A program made the position numbers and the translations under genes. Below are positions 1-7,583 of a stretch of 29,515 bases of DNA, piece by piece (the first letter of the stretch is position 1; every line of letters starts with the position of its first letter). Below the pieces are notes generated by a model. The model made no database searches. It had not been told where the DNA came from and saw only the letters and a list, made by a program, of their open reading frames with translations. The stretch is from an uncultured Nitrosopumilaceae archaeon (GTDB lineage: Archaea; Thermoproteota; Nitrososphaeria; Nitrososphaerales; Nitrosopumilaceae): positions 1 through 29,515 of the forward strand of contig CAZHDX010000002.1 in assembly GCA_964531195.1 (NCBI GenBank). Reading direction: 5' to 3'.

Positions 1-152
1 CAACAAAATCACTTTCAGAGTCAGTAGGAATTACTGATTCTATTGGATCCGCTGTCATGGCAACAAAATCACTTTCAGAGTCAGTAGGAATTACTGATTC
101 TATTGGATCCGCTGTCATGGCAACAAAATCACTTTCAGAGTCAGTAGGAATT
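1..152 (+). repeat. 60-bp coding tandem repeat (about 2.5 identical copies visible, probably continuing upstream); encodes the 20-aa unit ATKSLSESVGITDSIGSAVM
   Basis: Bases 1-60 and 61-120 are identical, and 121-152 match the start of the unit. A degenerate fourth unit (KSKSFTESINIFD) stays in the same 60-nt register near 181-220. Confidence 0.97.
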
Positions 153-1043
153 GCAGATACAGTAACTCAAGGTTCACCAAAATCCAAATCGTTTACGGAA
201 TCAATTAACATATTTGATCAACTAACAGAATCATTTGCATTGCCGCCTATTCTGAAGCCAGGTGGAGAGGGCGATAGTGGTGATAGGAACCCTCCATCAA
301 TTGCCGGTTCTGCCTTTTCAGATTCGGAATATCCTTTCTCTATTAATGGAACGGGTTATCATTTATTATCACATACCAACCCAATTGAGACAGCAATTCT
401 TACCACAGGTAAGCAAGTTGATGTCAAGATACTAGTATATGATAACTCAGGACCATCAAACATACAGCATATAGGATTGTTTACCAATCTTAACGGACAA
501 AAGCAGGTAAAATCAGATAGCGACACTTACATCCTTTATGAGAAAGATCAGATGCTTCAAGTAAACGATCCAGATCACTTTTTCTCTAATGTAAATGCAT
601 CAACATCAATAATTGGAAATAAACTGCAAATCGACTTCATGATAACATTTGCAAAACCAATGGAAAAATCAGATATAATTCTTGACTTATGGGATTATGA
701 GAGAAACGACGTGCAAACAAAAATAATCAATGCGTGGCAAGTCTTGGAAAACAAGGAACCATTACAGTCTGATACTAATCAAATAATTCAAAATAATTTG
801 ATAAGCAAACCAGATGTATCAGCTAATGATCAAGACAAATTAATTTTGGCAATTAAAGAATGGGCGGGTTATTCTCAAAAATCCATCTCTGACTCGGAAC
901 TATTAGCGTTAATGGGATTAAATGGTCAACACATTCCTTACTGGGTTATGAAGATAACAAAATGGGTCATAGATGGTGAGATCAGCTTGAAAGATTTTAT
1001 CAATGCAATCAACTATCTCCATGATAAAGGGATGATAAAATAA
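3..1043 (+). CDS. 3' part of a large repeat-rich surface protein (5' end lies outside the window): 20-aa repeats, a G-rich linker, a globular domain and a C-terminal 'IPYW...KW..DGEIS..DF..AI.YL' domain
   Basis: The frame is open from base 3 (TKSLSESVG...), so the ATG at 57 is an internal repeat Met. The C-terminal domain matches three other copies in this window. Confidence 0.85.
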   Translation, partial: TKSLSESVGITDSIGSAVMATKSLSESVGITDSIGSAVMATKSLSESVGIADTVTQGSPKSKSFTESINIFDQLTESFALPPILKPGGEGDSGDRNPPSIAGSAFSDSEYPFSINGTGYHLLSHTNPIETAILTTGKQVDVKILVYDNSGPSNIQHIGLFTNLNGQKQVKSDSDTYILYEKDQMLQVNDPDHFFSNVNASTSIIGNKLQIDFMITFAKPMEKSDIILDLWDYERNDVQTKIINAWQVLENKEPLQSDTNQIIQNNLISKPDVSANDQDKLILAIKEWAGYSQKSISDSELLALMGLNGQHIPYWVMKITKWVIDGEISLKDFINAINYLHDKGMIK

Positions 1044-1145
1044 TTGGTGCATTGTAATATTTTTATTGTTTTTAATGCTACAACTGACTCTGCCACAAAG
1101 AATTAATTAAATTTAATGTGAGGGTTTTTAATCATTTGTATATTT

Positions 1146-1919
1146 TCATTTTTTGTGGCCAATGGATTTAAGCCAAGAAATTTTTCTCCAATTAAAAATG
1201 AATATTATGAAAAATGAAAAAATTAAAGTTAGTACTGTCCATGGGAATTCCGGTAATGACTTGTCTGGAGATACAAGTTGGCCCCAACTTGACGGAGGAG
1301 GTATGTTGGGAAATACATTGCCTGATAAATTTTCAGGCCAATTATAAACTAGATTTTTACTTGAATCATACACTGCTGTATAAAACTTATAGTCATCAGA
1401 TCTTCCTATTGTCTCAATAGGGATTCTGAATTCATAAGATGCATGAGGAATTGAACTGTAACGATCGTTTTCATCTGAAATATTACCTATTGCAATTAAT
1501 TTAGGATCATTTTCAATTTTTGTAAGATGGTTACCAGTGGTCATAATACTCCCACCACGAAAAGTTAAAGGGTTTTGAGATCCCAACGTTACCAAAAAAC
1601 ACTTATCATCATAATCCAAACTGTTTTTGAAAGTGGGATTTGAAGTGATGCAAACGAGAGCATAATCAGAGTGTTTGCTAAATTTTTGCTGTGATAGAAG
1701 ATCTAGAAACACATATAGATTTTTGTAATCATGGCCCGTTCTTATCATAAAATTTTCTCCATAACCACTAGTCAAACTAGTTCGCTTCCACTCTTGTAAA
1801 AATGTCCACTTTCCATCCCATATGGTATAATTTCCGTCATCTCGATATGTTGTAAATATTTGATCATCTGAAGTCATGTTTATGTGAGGAAGAATTAACA
1901 GAACTAAAAATTCAAACAT
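1146..1919 (-). CDS. Exported protein with a PEF-CTERM/PEFG-CTERM-like C-terminal sorting signal
   Basis: 257-aa ORF ending LPEFPW, then a hydrophobic helix (TVLTLIFSFFIIFIF), then a basic tail (RKISWLKSIGHKK). This is the tripartite archaeosortase-type signal. Confidence 0.75.
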   Translation of the reverse strand: MFEFLVLLILPHINMTSDDQIFTTYRDDGNYTIWDGKWTFLQEWKRTSLTSGYGENFMIRTGHDYKNLYVFLDLLSQQKFSKHSDYALVCITSNPTFKNSLDYDDKCFLVTLGSQNPLTFRGGSIMTTGNHLTKIENDPKLIAIGNISDENDRYSSIPHASYEFRIPIETIGRSDDYKFYTAVYDSSKNLVYNWPENLSGNVFPNIPPPSSWGQLVSPDKSLPEFPWTVLTLIFSFFIIFIFNWRKISWLKSIGHKK

Positions 1920-1938
1920 TATTAGATGATTAAAAACC

Positions 1939-1959
1939 TAGATTAAAAAATTTAATCTA
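1939..1959. promoter_or_regulatory. Inverted repeat TAGATTAAA-aaa-TTTAATCTA in the divergent promoter region
   Basis: Perfect 9-bp arms with a 3-nt spacer between the divergent starts at 1919 (-) and 2003 (+). The sequence is AT-rich, so chance occurrence is possible. Confidence 0.4.
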
Positions 1960-2002
1960 ATAATACGATCATGTCTTTATACTACAGCTAGGAAAATATT
2001 TT

Positions 2003-2185
2003 GTGAAAGATAAAATTATTGGTATAGGAATTGCAATAGCTATTATTGTAAGTGTGATGATCTTGACTATGCAAGAGGAAAACAGTCTTTCAGATATTGC
2101 AGGAAAACATCTGACACCTTTGCCTGAAGGAAAACATTTGCAACTTTCTCTTAACGAATCGGTAGGAATAAAGTCAGTCTCTTAG
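2003..2185 (+). CDS. 60-aa single-pass membrane microprotein ending in 'LSLNESVGIKSVS'
   Basis: GTG start, N-terminal hydrophobic helix (IIGIGIAIAIIVSVMIL) and a C-terminal motif matching the upstream repeat unit. Confidence 0.75.
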   Translation: MKDKIIGIGIAIAIIVSVMILTMQEENSLSDIAGKHLTPLPEGKHLQLSLNESVGIKSVS

Positions 2186-2309
2186 ATCGAACAATATGTT
2201 CTACGATTTTTAAATTCTTTTGTATTTTGATTTTCATGTTTAAAACAAGCATGAGAGAGGAGCAGATATACTAAAGACTTAAAAATATCTGAAAAGACTA
2301 GCAAAAATA

Positions 2310-2903
2310 ATGACTTCGAAATACGTGGCTTTGACGGTGGGATTGATTGCTATTGCATCAATGGCAGGAATATATTCACTTGATCTGACTTTCAATTCTA
2401 ATCAAAATGATGTTAAAGCTGATAAAATGAAAACCCTGGGTCATCTTCAACTGGTTCTTTATGGACCAGATGGCGACATAAAGGCATATAGACAGACAGA
2501 TAATTTGGTTGTAACAAACGGTGACAACGTGACAGCAAATCGAATCTTTGGAACCACTCTAACTACATCACACGCCTTTAGTGGTGCCTTTAACTATATA
2601 GCAGTAGGAACAGGCTCTACTGCAGTTGCGGCAACTCAGACTGATCTAACTACTGTAGCCAGTGCACACAGACTTGCGACTGTTACTAATGGAGCCATCC
2701 ATGGAACAGCTCAGGTACAGGTTACCTTTCCTGCAAATAGGTTGACAAACTCAAGCTCAGTCAACATTCAGGAATCAGGACTCTTTGATGCGTTTGGAAA
2801 TGGAACTGCAAACTCTAACATGTTTGCCAGACAAACATTTACTGCAATAGGTGTAAACCCAGCAGATACACTCCAAATTACTTGGACTGTTACTGTTACC
2901 TAA
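2310..2903 (+). CDS. Exported beta-rich protein resembling phage tail-collar/tail-fibre base proteins
   Basis: N-terminal hydrophobic segment plus motifs DNLVVT.G.N..A.R, YIAVGTGSTA.AA..T.L, I.ESGLF and MFARQTF..I.....L.ITWTVTV, recalled from phage tail-region proteins. No search was run. Confidence 0.7.
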   Translation: MTSKYVALTVGLIAIASMAGIYSLDLTFNSNQNDVKADKMKTLGHLQLVLYGPDGDIKAYRQTDNLVVTNGDNVTANRIFGTTLTTSHAFSGAFNYIAVGTGSTAVAATQTDLTTVASAHRLATVTNGAIHGTAQVQVTFPANRLTNSSSVNIQESGLFDAFGNGTANSNMFARQTFTAIGVNPADTLQITWTVTVT

Positions 2904-2919
2904 ACAAATCACTGATTCT

Positions 2920-2944
2920 AAAGTAGTGAATCTCTACTTTTTTT
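2920..2944 (+). terminator. Hairpin plus T-tract terminator
   Basis: AAAGTAG/CTACTTT 7-bp stem with a 7-nt loop, running into a T-tract, 16 nt after the stop at 2903. Confidence 0.6.
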
Positions 2945-3029
2945 ACAGATAGAAAATAGTATCGCATTTTATCAAATTTTCGAAACAGCATGGTATTACT
3001 ATGACAGTCAAAAATAAAGTATCATTCAG

Positions 3030-3398
3030 ATGAAAATGCAAATAAAAAAAATTGCACTATGTATGTTTTCATTATTTGTCCTAATAACAATCCAATACGT
3101 TAATGCTGATTCTGGTACTACAAGATTAACTACTGACAGTAAAATGTGTCTCGAAAAAGTGGATGTGTGTGTTATGGCAAAAAAATTTCATTTTGCACCA
3201 TTAAAACAAGTCTATGTGGGATTAGGTGCTCTTGATGTAGAATGCAAAACATCCTCTCAACTTGTCCTAAAAGCTTCAGACTATAAACCAGCATGTGTTT
3301 CACCCTCAGTTGTACAAGAGCTGGTAAAAAGAGGATGGGCATTAAGTGAGAATGATCTAGAAAAACTTAGGGCGACATTTGAACCAAATACACCATAA
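3030..3398 (+). CDS. Small secreted protein with a PLKQ-x11-C-x16-C-x11-RGW module
   Basis: Signal peptide ending ...YVNA. The module recurs with identical spacing in ORFs 9173-9760 and 19293-20285. Confidence 0.8.
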   Translation: MKMQIKKIALCMFSLFVLITIQYVNADSGTTRLTTDSKMCLEKVDVCVMAKKFHFAPLKQVYVGLGALDVECKTSSQLVLKASDYKPACVSPSVVQELVKRGWALSENDLEKLRATFEPNTP

Positions 3399-3525
3399 AA
3401 TCAGATTTACTTTTTTAGTATTTTGCCTGTGATATCAAAAAATTTTGTGATAAACCTGAATTCATAAACCAGGATCTATCAAATTAAACCCAAAGTTATT
3501 ATCCTATGATTTCCAATAGTAAAAG

Positions 3526-3894
3526 ATGCCAAGAATAGTTCACTTTGATATTCCTGCAGATGATCCAGCAAGGGCTCAAAAATTCTACAAGGAGATATTC
3601 GGATGGAATTTTGACAAATGGAACGGTCCTATGGAATATTGGATGGTAAAGACAGGTGAAGACAAACAGCCAGGAATTAATGGCGGATTAACAAAAAGGA
3701 TGCAAGGACAAGTAGGCATGACCAATACTATCGACGTTCCTTCAGTAGATGAATTTGCAAAAAAAATTCAATCCAATGGAGGAAAAATAATAATGCCAAA
3801 GACTGCAATACCGACTGTAGGATATTTTGCTCAATGTCTTGATACTGAAGGAAATATTTTTGGGATAATTCAAATGGATGAACACGCAAAATAG
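3526..3894 (+). CDS. VOC family (glyoxalase/bleomycin-resistance) protein
   Basis: IVHFDIPADDPARAQKFY..IFGW, INGGL and DTEGNIFGI motifs; 122 aa. Confidence 0.92.
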   Translation: MPRIVHFDIPADDPARAQKFYKEIFGWNFDKWNGPMEYWMVKTGEDKQPGINGGLTKRMQGQVGMTNTIDVPSVDEFAKKIQSNGGKIIMPKTAIPTVGYFAQCLDTEGNIFGIIQMDEHAK

Positions 3895-3906
3895 TTCTTC
3901 TCTCAG

Positions 3907-3946
3907 TAACAATGTTAGTTAACAAAGTGCCGTAATTCTTTATTAA
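3907..3946 (+). promoter_or_regulatory. 40-bp shared operator/promoter, copy 1 (upstream of the wHTH regulator)
   Basis: TAACAatGTTAgtTAACAAAGTgccgTAATTCTTTATTAA; the TATA-like TTTATTAA ends 22 nt before the ATG at 3969. Confidence 0.8.
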
Positions 3947-3968
3947 AACAATTTCAAAGTAAACTCCA

Positions 3969-4304
3969 ATGAATTCTAATAACAGTATTCAAAATATTCT
4001 TGAGCCACTACAAAGTAGACCTAAACAATCTTACAGGACTGGAACAGGAATAATTCTAGAGATTTTAGATGTGGTAAAAGATCGCGGCATACAAGGAGCA
4101 AAAATCTCTGAAATTGCAAGAAAAGCTAACTTGTCTCACTATGTAACACTTGAGAAATGTGAGAAACTAAAAGACATTGAACTGCTAAAATCAATACCTG
4201 ATAAAAGAAATCGTATGTACATGATTACAGAAAAAGGAATAATGTTTTATCAAAGAATTGAAGAATTTCTTGAAACGGTCAAATCGATTGGAATTCGGAT
4301 CTAG
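3969..4304 (+). CDS. Winged helix-turn-helix transcriptional regulator (archaeal HTH_45/ArsR-like)
   Basis: RTGTGIILEIL...KISEIARKANLS helix-turn-helix followed by the wing Y.ITEKG; 111 aa. Confidence 0.85.
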   Translation: MNSNNSIQNILEPLQSRPKQSYRTGTGIILEILDVVKDRGIQGAKISEIARKANLSHYVTLEKCEKLKDIELLKSIPDKRNRMYMITEKGIMFYQRIEEFLETVKSIGIRI

Positions 4305-4367
4305 AATTTTTTAAGTATTATTAAAATAAATTCTTTAGTCTAAAAATAAAAAAGGTTGGAAGATGTT

Positions 4368-4919
4368 TTATTCGTAGCTAGATGGAGTGGTTTGAGATGG
4401 AGATGATTGCGATGGAGCCTGTGAAGGATATCCATTTCCAGGGAATTTCATCATGCCGTGGAACTTCATCATGCCATGGCCGTGCATTTTTCCCATGCCT
4501 TCCATTCCAAACATTTCACCTGAACCCATCTGACGGCCTTGAGAGGTGTACAATACATTACCGTTTCCTGCATCTACTATTACTTGATATGCCATGGACT
4601 TGTCATCAACTATAGTAAACATGTAGACAAGGGATCCTTGGACAATGGCGAGTCTTCCACTTATCACATTACCGTTAGGAACTTTCGAGACAGCCGCATT
4701 AGCAGCATCAACAAATTTTTCTTTGATATTTGATTGTATTAGATTCGGGAGATTAATTGAGCCCTGAATCTGTGGTATTTTTTGTGATGTCCCTGTAGTT
4801 CCAGTAGAGTTGGAAGTTTGAGCCATGACATTTGTTGCTGTTAGAAGTGATGCAACAATTACAACTCCTAAAATTGTAAATGTCTTCCAGTTTTTGAGCT
4901 TGCTTAGATTTTGGGTCAT
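4368..4919 (-). CDS. Secreted PepSY-like domain protein with a His/Met-rich and Ser/Pro/Gln-rich tail
   Basis: Signal peptide ending ...NVMA; PepSY-like 'AANAA.......G....LVY.F.I.......YQVIVDAGNGNVL'; tail MFGMEGMGKMHGHGMMKFHGMMKF. Confidence 0.8.
   Translation of the reverse strand: MTQNLSKLKNWKTFTILGVVIVASLLTATNVMAQTSNSTGTTGTSQKIPQIQGSINLPNLIQSNIKEKFVDAANAAVSKVPNGNVISGRLAIVQGSLVYMFTIVDDKSMAYQVIVDAGNGNVLYTSQGRQMGSGEMFGMEGMGKMHGHGMMKFHGMMKFPGNGYPSQAPSQSSPSQTTPSSYE
4442..4477 (-). repeat. 18-bp tandem duplication encoding HGMMKF twice
   Basis: On the plus strand GGAATTTCATCATGCCGT / GGAACTTCATCATGCCAT, 16 of 18 bases identical. Confidence 0.75.
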
Positions 4920-4944
4920 GTTCTGATTTCGAGACAGCAGTCAA

Positions 4945-4984
4945 TTAATAAAGAATTATGCAACTTTGTTAGTTAACTATGTTA
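4945..4984 (-). promoter_or_regulatory. 40-bp shared operator/promoter, copy 2 (upstream of the PepSY-like gene)
   Basis: The minus strand reads TAACAtaGTTAacTAACAAAGTtgcaTAATTCTTTATTAA, 33 of 40 identical to copy 1, ending 25 nt before the ATG at 4919. Confidence 0.8.
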
Positions 4985-5100
4985 GTCAGTATGGGTAGTA
5001 TCCATGCTATGCAACCATTAAATTCTACCTACACGTATGAAAAGTTGTTACAAAATATTTCTAATTATAAAATTTTACGAATTTTTCCTTTGGTGATATC

Positions 5101-5373
5101 ATGGATAAGGTAAAATTTTTTTCAATTTTCCTGCCTGTACTAATTGGCCTAGCATTTCTTTTTAGAATATTGATACCTGTTGTCATTGCAGCAGTTGCAA
5201 TTTGTGTTGTCACAATGGTCCTGTTTGGAACAAGAAACAACAACAAAATTTTCAGAAAAATTGGATCAAGAGGTCCTACAAACTTTGTTTGCCTTGACTG
5301 CGGTTTTTATCACAGCGACGAAGTTTGTCCTAAATGTGGCTCTAAAATCAAAAAATACTACAGTAAATCCTAG
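5101..5373 (+). CDS. Small membrane protein with a C-terminal zinc ribbon
   Basis: Two hydrophobic segments followed by CLDC-x8-CPKC. Confidence 0.75.
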   Translation: MDKVKFFSIFLPVLIGLAFLFRILIPVVIAAVAICVVTMVLFGTRNNNKIFRKIGSRGPTNFVCLDCGFYHSDEVCPKCGSKIKKYYSKS

Positions 5374-5411
5374 AGGAAAACATATCAAGCAAGCATACAA
5401 CATTATTTTCA

Positions 5412-5552
5412 ATGTCCAATGAGAAAAAAAGGATGAAAACAACACAAGAAGACTATAACCACGCCTTAGCTTCAGATGATCCGACGAAAATTTCAAAAGA
5501 AGAGCAAGAAAGACTTACTCGAGAAGCGATAAAAAAATTCAAATCCTTATAG
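5412..5552 (+). CDS. Putative 46-aa charged microprotein MSNEKKRMKTTQEDYNHALASDDPTKISKEEQERLTREAIKKFKSL (not in the ORF track)
   Basis: ATG at 5412 to TAG at 5550-5552. It fills most of the gap between two co-oriented genes and has a purine-rich, helical composition. Confidence 0.5.
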   Translation: MSNEKKRMKTTQEDYNHALASDDPTKISKEEQERLTREAIKKFKSL

Positions 5553-5649
5553 TGAATAAAAAACCAGGAAAATAATGCGTATCATGAATTATCTGATTTG
5601 GATGTGATTTGGAACAAGGTAATTATAGAAAAAAATCCATACACTAGAC

Positions 5650-6156
5650 ATGGACGAGAAAAAATATGAAAAGGCAACCTTTGCAGCAGGCTGCTTTTGG
5701 GGAGTAGAAGAGGCTTTTAGATTAACAAAAGGAGTCAAGTCAACTATGGTTGGGTATACCGATGGAAAATTAAAGAATCCTACGTACCACGATGTATGCT
5801 CAGATATGACAGGACATGCAGAAGCAATACAGATAGAATATGATCCCGATGAAGTCTCTTATGAAAAACTTCTAGAACTTTTTTGGTCAATTCACGATCC
5901 AACTACAATAGATAGACAAGGACCGGATATTGGGTCTCAGTATCGTTCCATGATTGCGTTTCATACTAATGAACAAAAGGAATTAGCAATAAAATCAAAA
6001 GAAGATCTTGAGAAATCTAGAGTCTTTCATGACAAAATTGTGACTGAAATTGTACCGGTAACAATTTTCTACAAGGCTGAAGATTACCACCAAAAATATT
6101 ACATGAATATAGGTGGAGGTAGTTGTTACATTCGACCTATGACAGAGGGGGATTAG
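5650..6156 (+). CDS. msrA: Peptide-methionine (S)-S-oxide reductase
   Basis: Active-site GCFWG, plus [20 protein letters not shown] and AEDYHQKY motifs. Confidence 0.97.
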   Translation: MDEKKYEKATFAAGCFWGVEEAFRLTKGVKSTMVGYTDGKLKNPTYHDVCSDMTGHAEAIQIEYDPDEVSYEKLLELFWSIHDPTTIDRQGPDIGSQYRSMIAFHTNEQKELAIKSKEDLEKSRVFHDKIVTEIVPVTIFYKAEDYHQKYYMNIGGGSCYIRPMTEGD

Positions 6157-6160
6157 AAAC

Positions 6161-6568
6161 TTGGCACAAAAAATTTTCAAATCTGACAAGGAATGGAAGG
6201 AACAATTAACTCCTGAACAATATCATGTGACAAGGAAAAAAGGAACAGAGATGCCTTTTACAGGAAAATATGTATCTACAAAAGAAGAAGGCATGTACAA
6301 ATGCATCTGTTGTGGAAACATTCTTTTCATGTCTAAAGATAAATTTGATTCTGGTACCGGATGGCCAAGTTTTTCCAAAACCGCTGAAAATTCCAAAATT
6401 GAAGAGCATGCTGACAATAGCTTTTCTATGCAAAGGACAGAAGTCATATGCGAAAAATGCGGTGCGCATCTTGGGCATGTCTTCGATGATGGACCTGGAC
6501 CCACAGGACTGCGATATTGTATCAACTCCTGTGCTCTCAGCCTTGAAAAAGATCCTAATTCAAAGTAA
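6161..6568 (+). CDS. msrB: Peptide-methionine (R)-S-oxide reductase, Zn-binding type
   Basis: [23 protein letters not shown] and RYCINS motifs, with two CxxC pairs. TTG start 4 nt after msrA. Confidence 0.97.
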   Translation: MAQKIFKSDKEWKEQLTPEQYHVTRKKGTEMPFTGKYVSTKEEGMYKCICCGNILFMSKDKFDSGTGWPSFSKTAENSKIEEHADNSFSMQRTEVICEKCGAHLGHVFDDGPGPTGLRYCINSCALSLEKDPNSK

Positions 6569-6627
6569 TTTAAAAACAATATCTAACATTTAGTAATCTC
6601 TAAAAATATTGTAAGTTGAAAAATATT

Positions 6628-7530
6628 ATGAAATACTTGGTTTCGGGAGCTACTGGTTTTATCGGATCAGAACTAGTTAAACAATTACTGGAATCTGGAA
6701 ATGAGGTAACATCACTGGTGAGAGACGAATCGGCTGCAAATCCACGATCTCAAATAATTGTTGGGGATTTAACCAGTAAAAACCTGCAATTTTCTCAAAA
6801 CTATGATACAACATACCATTTAGCTGCTCTTACCCCCCTTGAAAAAAATAAGAAACTTTTAAGAAAAGTAAATTATGACGGAACTAAAAATCTGTTTAAC
6901 GCAGTAAAAGAAAAAACAAATTCATTTGTATATATCTCAGGATTGGCCATATTTGATTCTGCAAACGTCATAACTGAAAATACTTCAAAAAATCCAGATA
7001 TAGAATTTGTCAAAATACGAATTGAGGCAGAGGAATTCCTTAAACAAAATTGCAAGGATGCAGGGATTGATTTTACTGTCGCATATCTTGGTGACATGGT
7101 CTATGGAAATGGAGGGATTTTTAGAACCATGTTTATCGACAGGCTGCAAAAAGGGAGCTTTAGAATTCCAGGCAACGGAAACTATTTCAAAAATTTTATA
7201 CATTTGGAGGATGCAGTCGGCAGTTTAATTACAATTGCAACAAAAAATGCGACAAATACTTCGTATGTTATAACGGATTCCAATCCAGTAACATTAAAGG
7301 AGTTTGTGAATTTTGCTGCAGAACAACTTGGCGTTAAATTACCAGGAACAGTTCCATTATTTTTGGCAAAGATTGCGCTAGGAAATGATCTAATAAAATT
7401 ACTTACTAGATCTATGAAAGCATCAAATGAAAAAATACGGAAAATTTACGAATTCAAATATCCTTCATACAAAGAGGGAGTGCATAGTGTCATATCTGAA
7501 TTAAACCATAATGAGAAAAAAAATGTCTAA
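6628..7530 (+). CDS. NAD-dependent epimerase/dehydratase family protein (atypical extended SDR)
   Basis: Rossmann motif YLVSGATGFIG, HLAA, VNYDGT.NL and FIHLEDAV. I prefer the ATG at 6628 over the TTG at 6616. Confidence 0.88.
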   Translation: MKYLVSGATGFIGSELVKQLLESGNEVTSLVRDESAANPRSQIIVGDLTSKNLQFSQNYDTTYHLAALTPLEKNKKLLRKVNYDGTKNLFNAVKEKTNSFVYISGLAIFDSANVITENTSKNPDIEFVKIRIEAEEFLKQNCKDAGIDFTVAYLGDMVYGNGGIFRTMFIDRLQKGSFRIPGNGNYFKNFIHLEDAVGSLITIATKNATNTSYVITDSNPVTLKEFVNFAAEQLGVKLPGTVPLFLAKIALGNDLIKLLTRSMKASNEKIRKIYEFKYPSYKEGVHSVISELNHNEKKNV

Positions 7531-7583
7531 CTATCAAGCAAATCTGATAAAAACGATCTTAAAATTATAGTGATATTTTAGCA

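Noticed and set aside
57-59. ATG given as the start of the first ORF
   Set aside because: It is the Met inside the 20-aa repeat. The frame is open from base 3, so the real start is upstream of the window.
1-152. Possible CRISPR array
   Set aside because: The units are contiguous 60-mers without unique spacers, they stay in frame in a protein, and no cas genes are present.
2310-2903. Intact provirus suggested by the phage-like protein
   Set aside because: No integrase, terminase, portal, capsid or att-like site is visible in the window, and the protein has an export signal. It is kept only as a domestication hypothesis.
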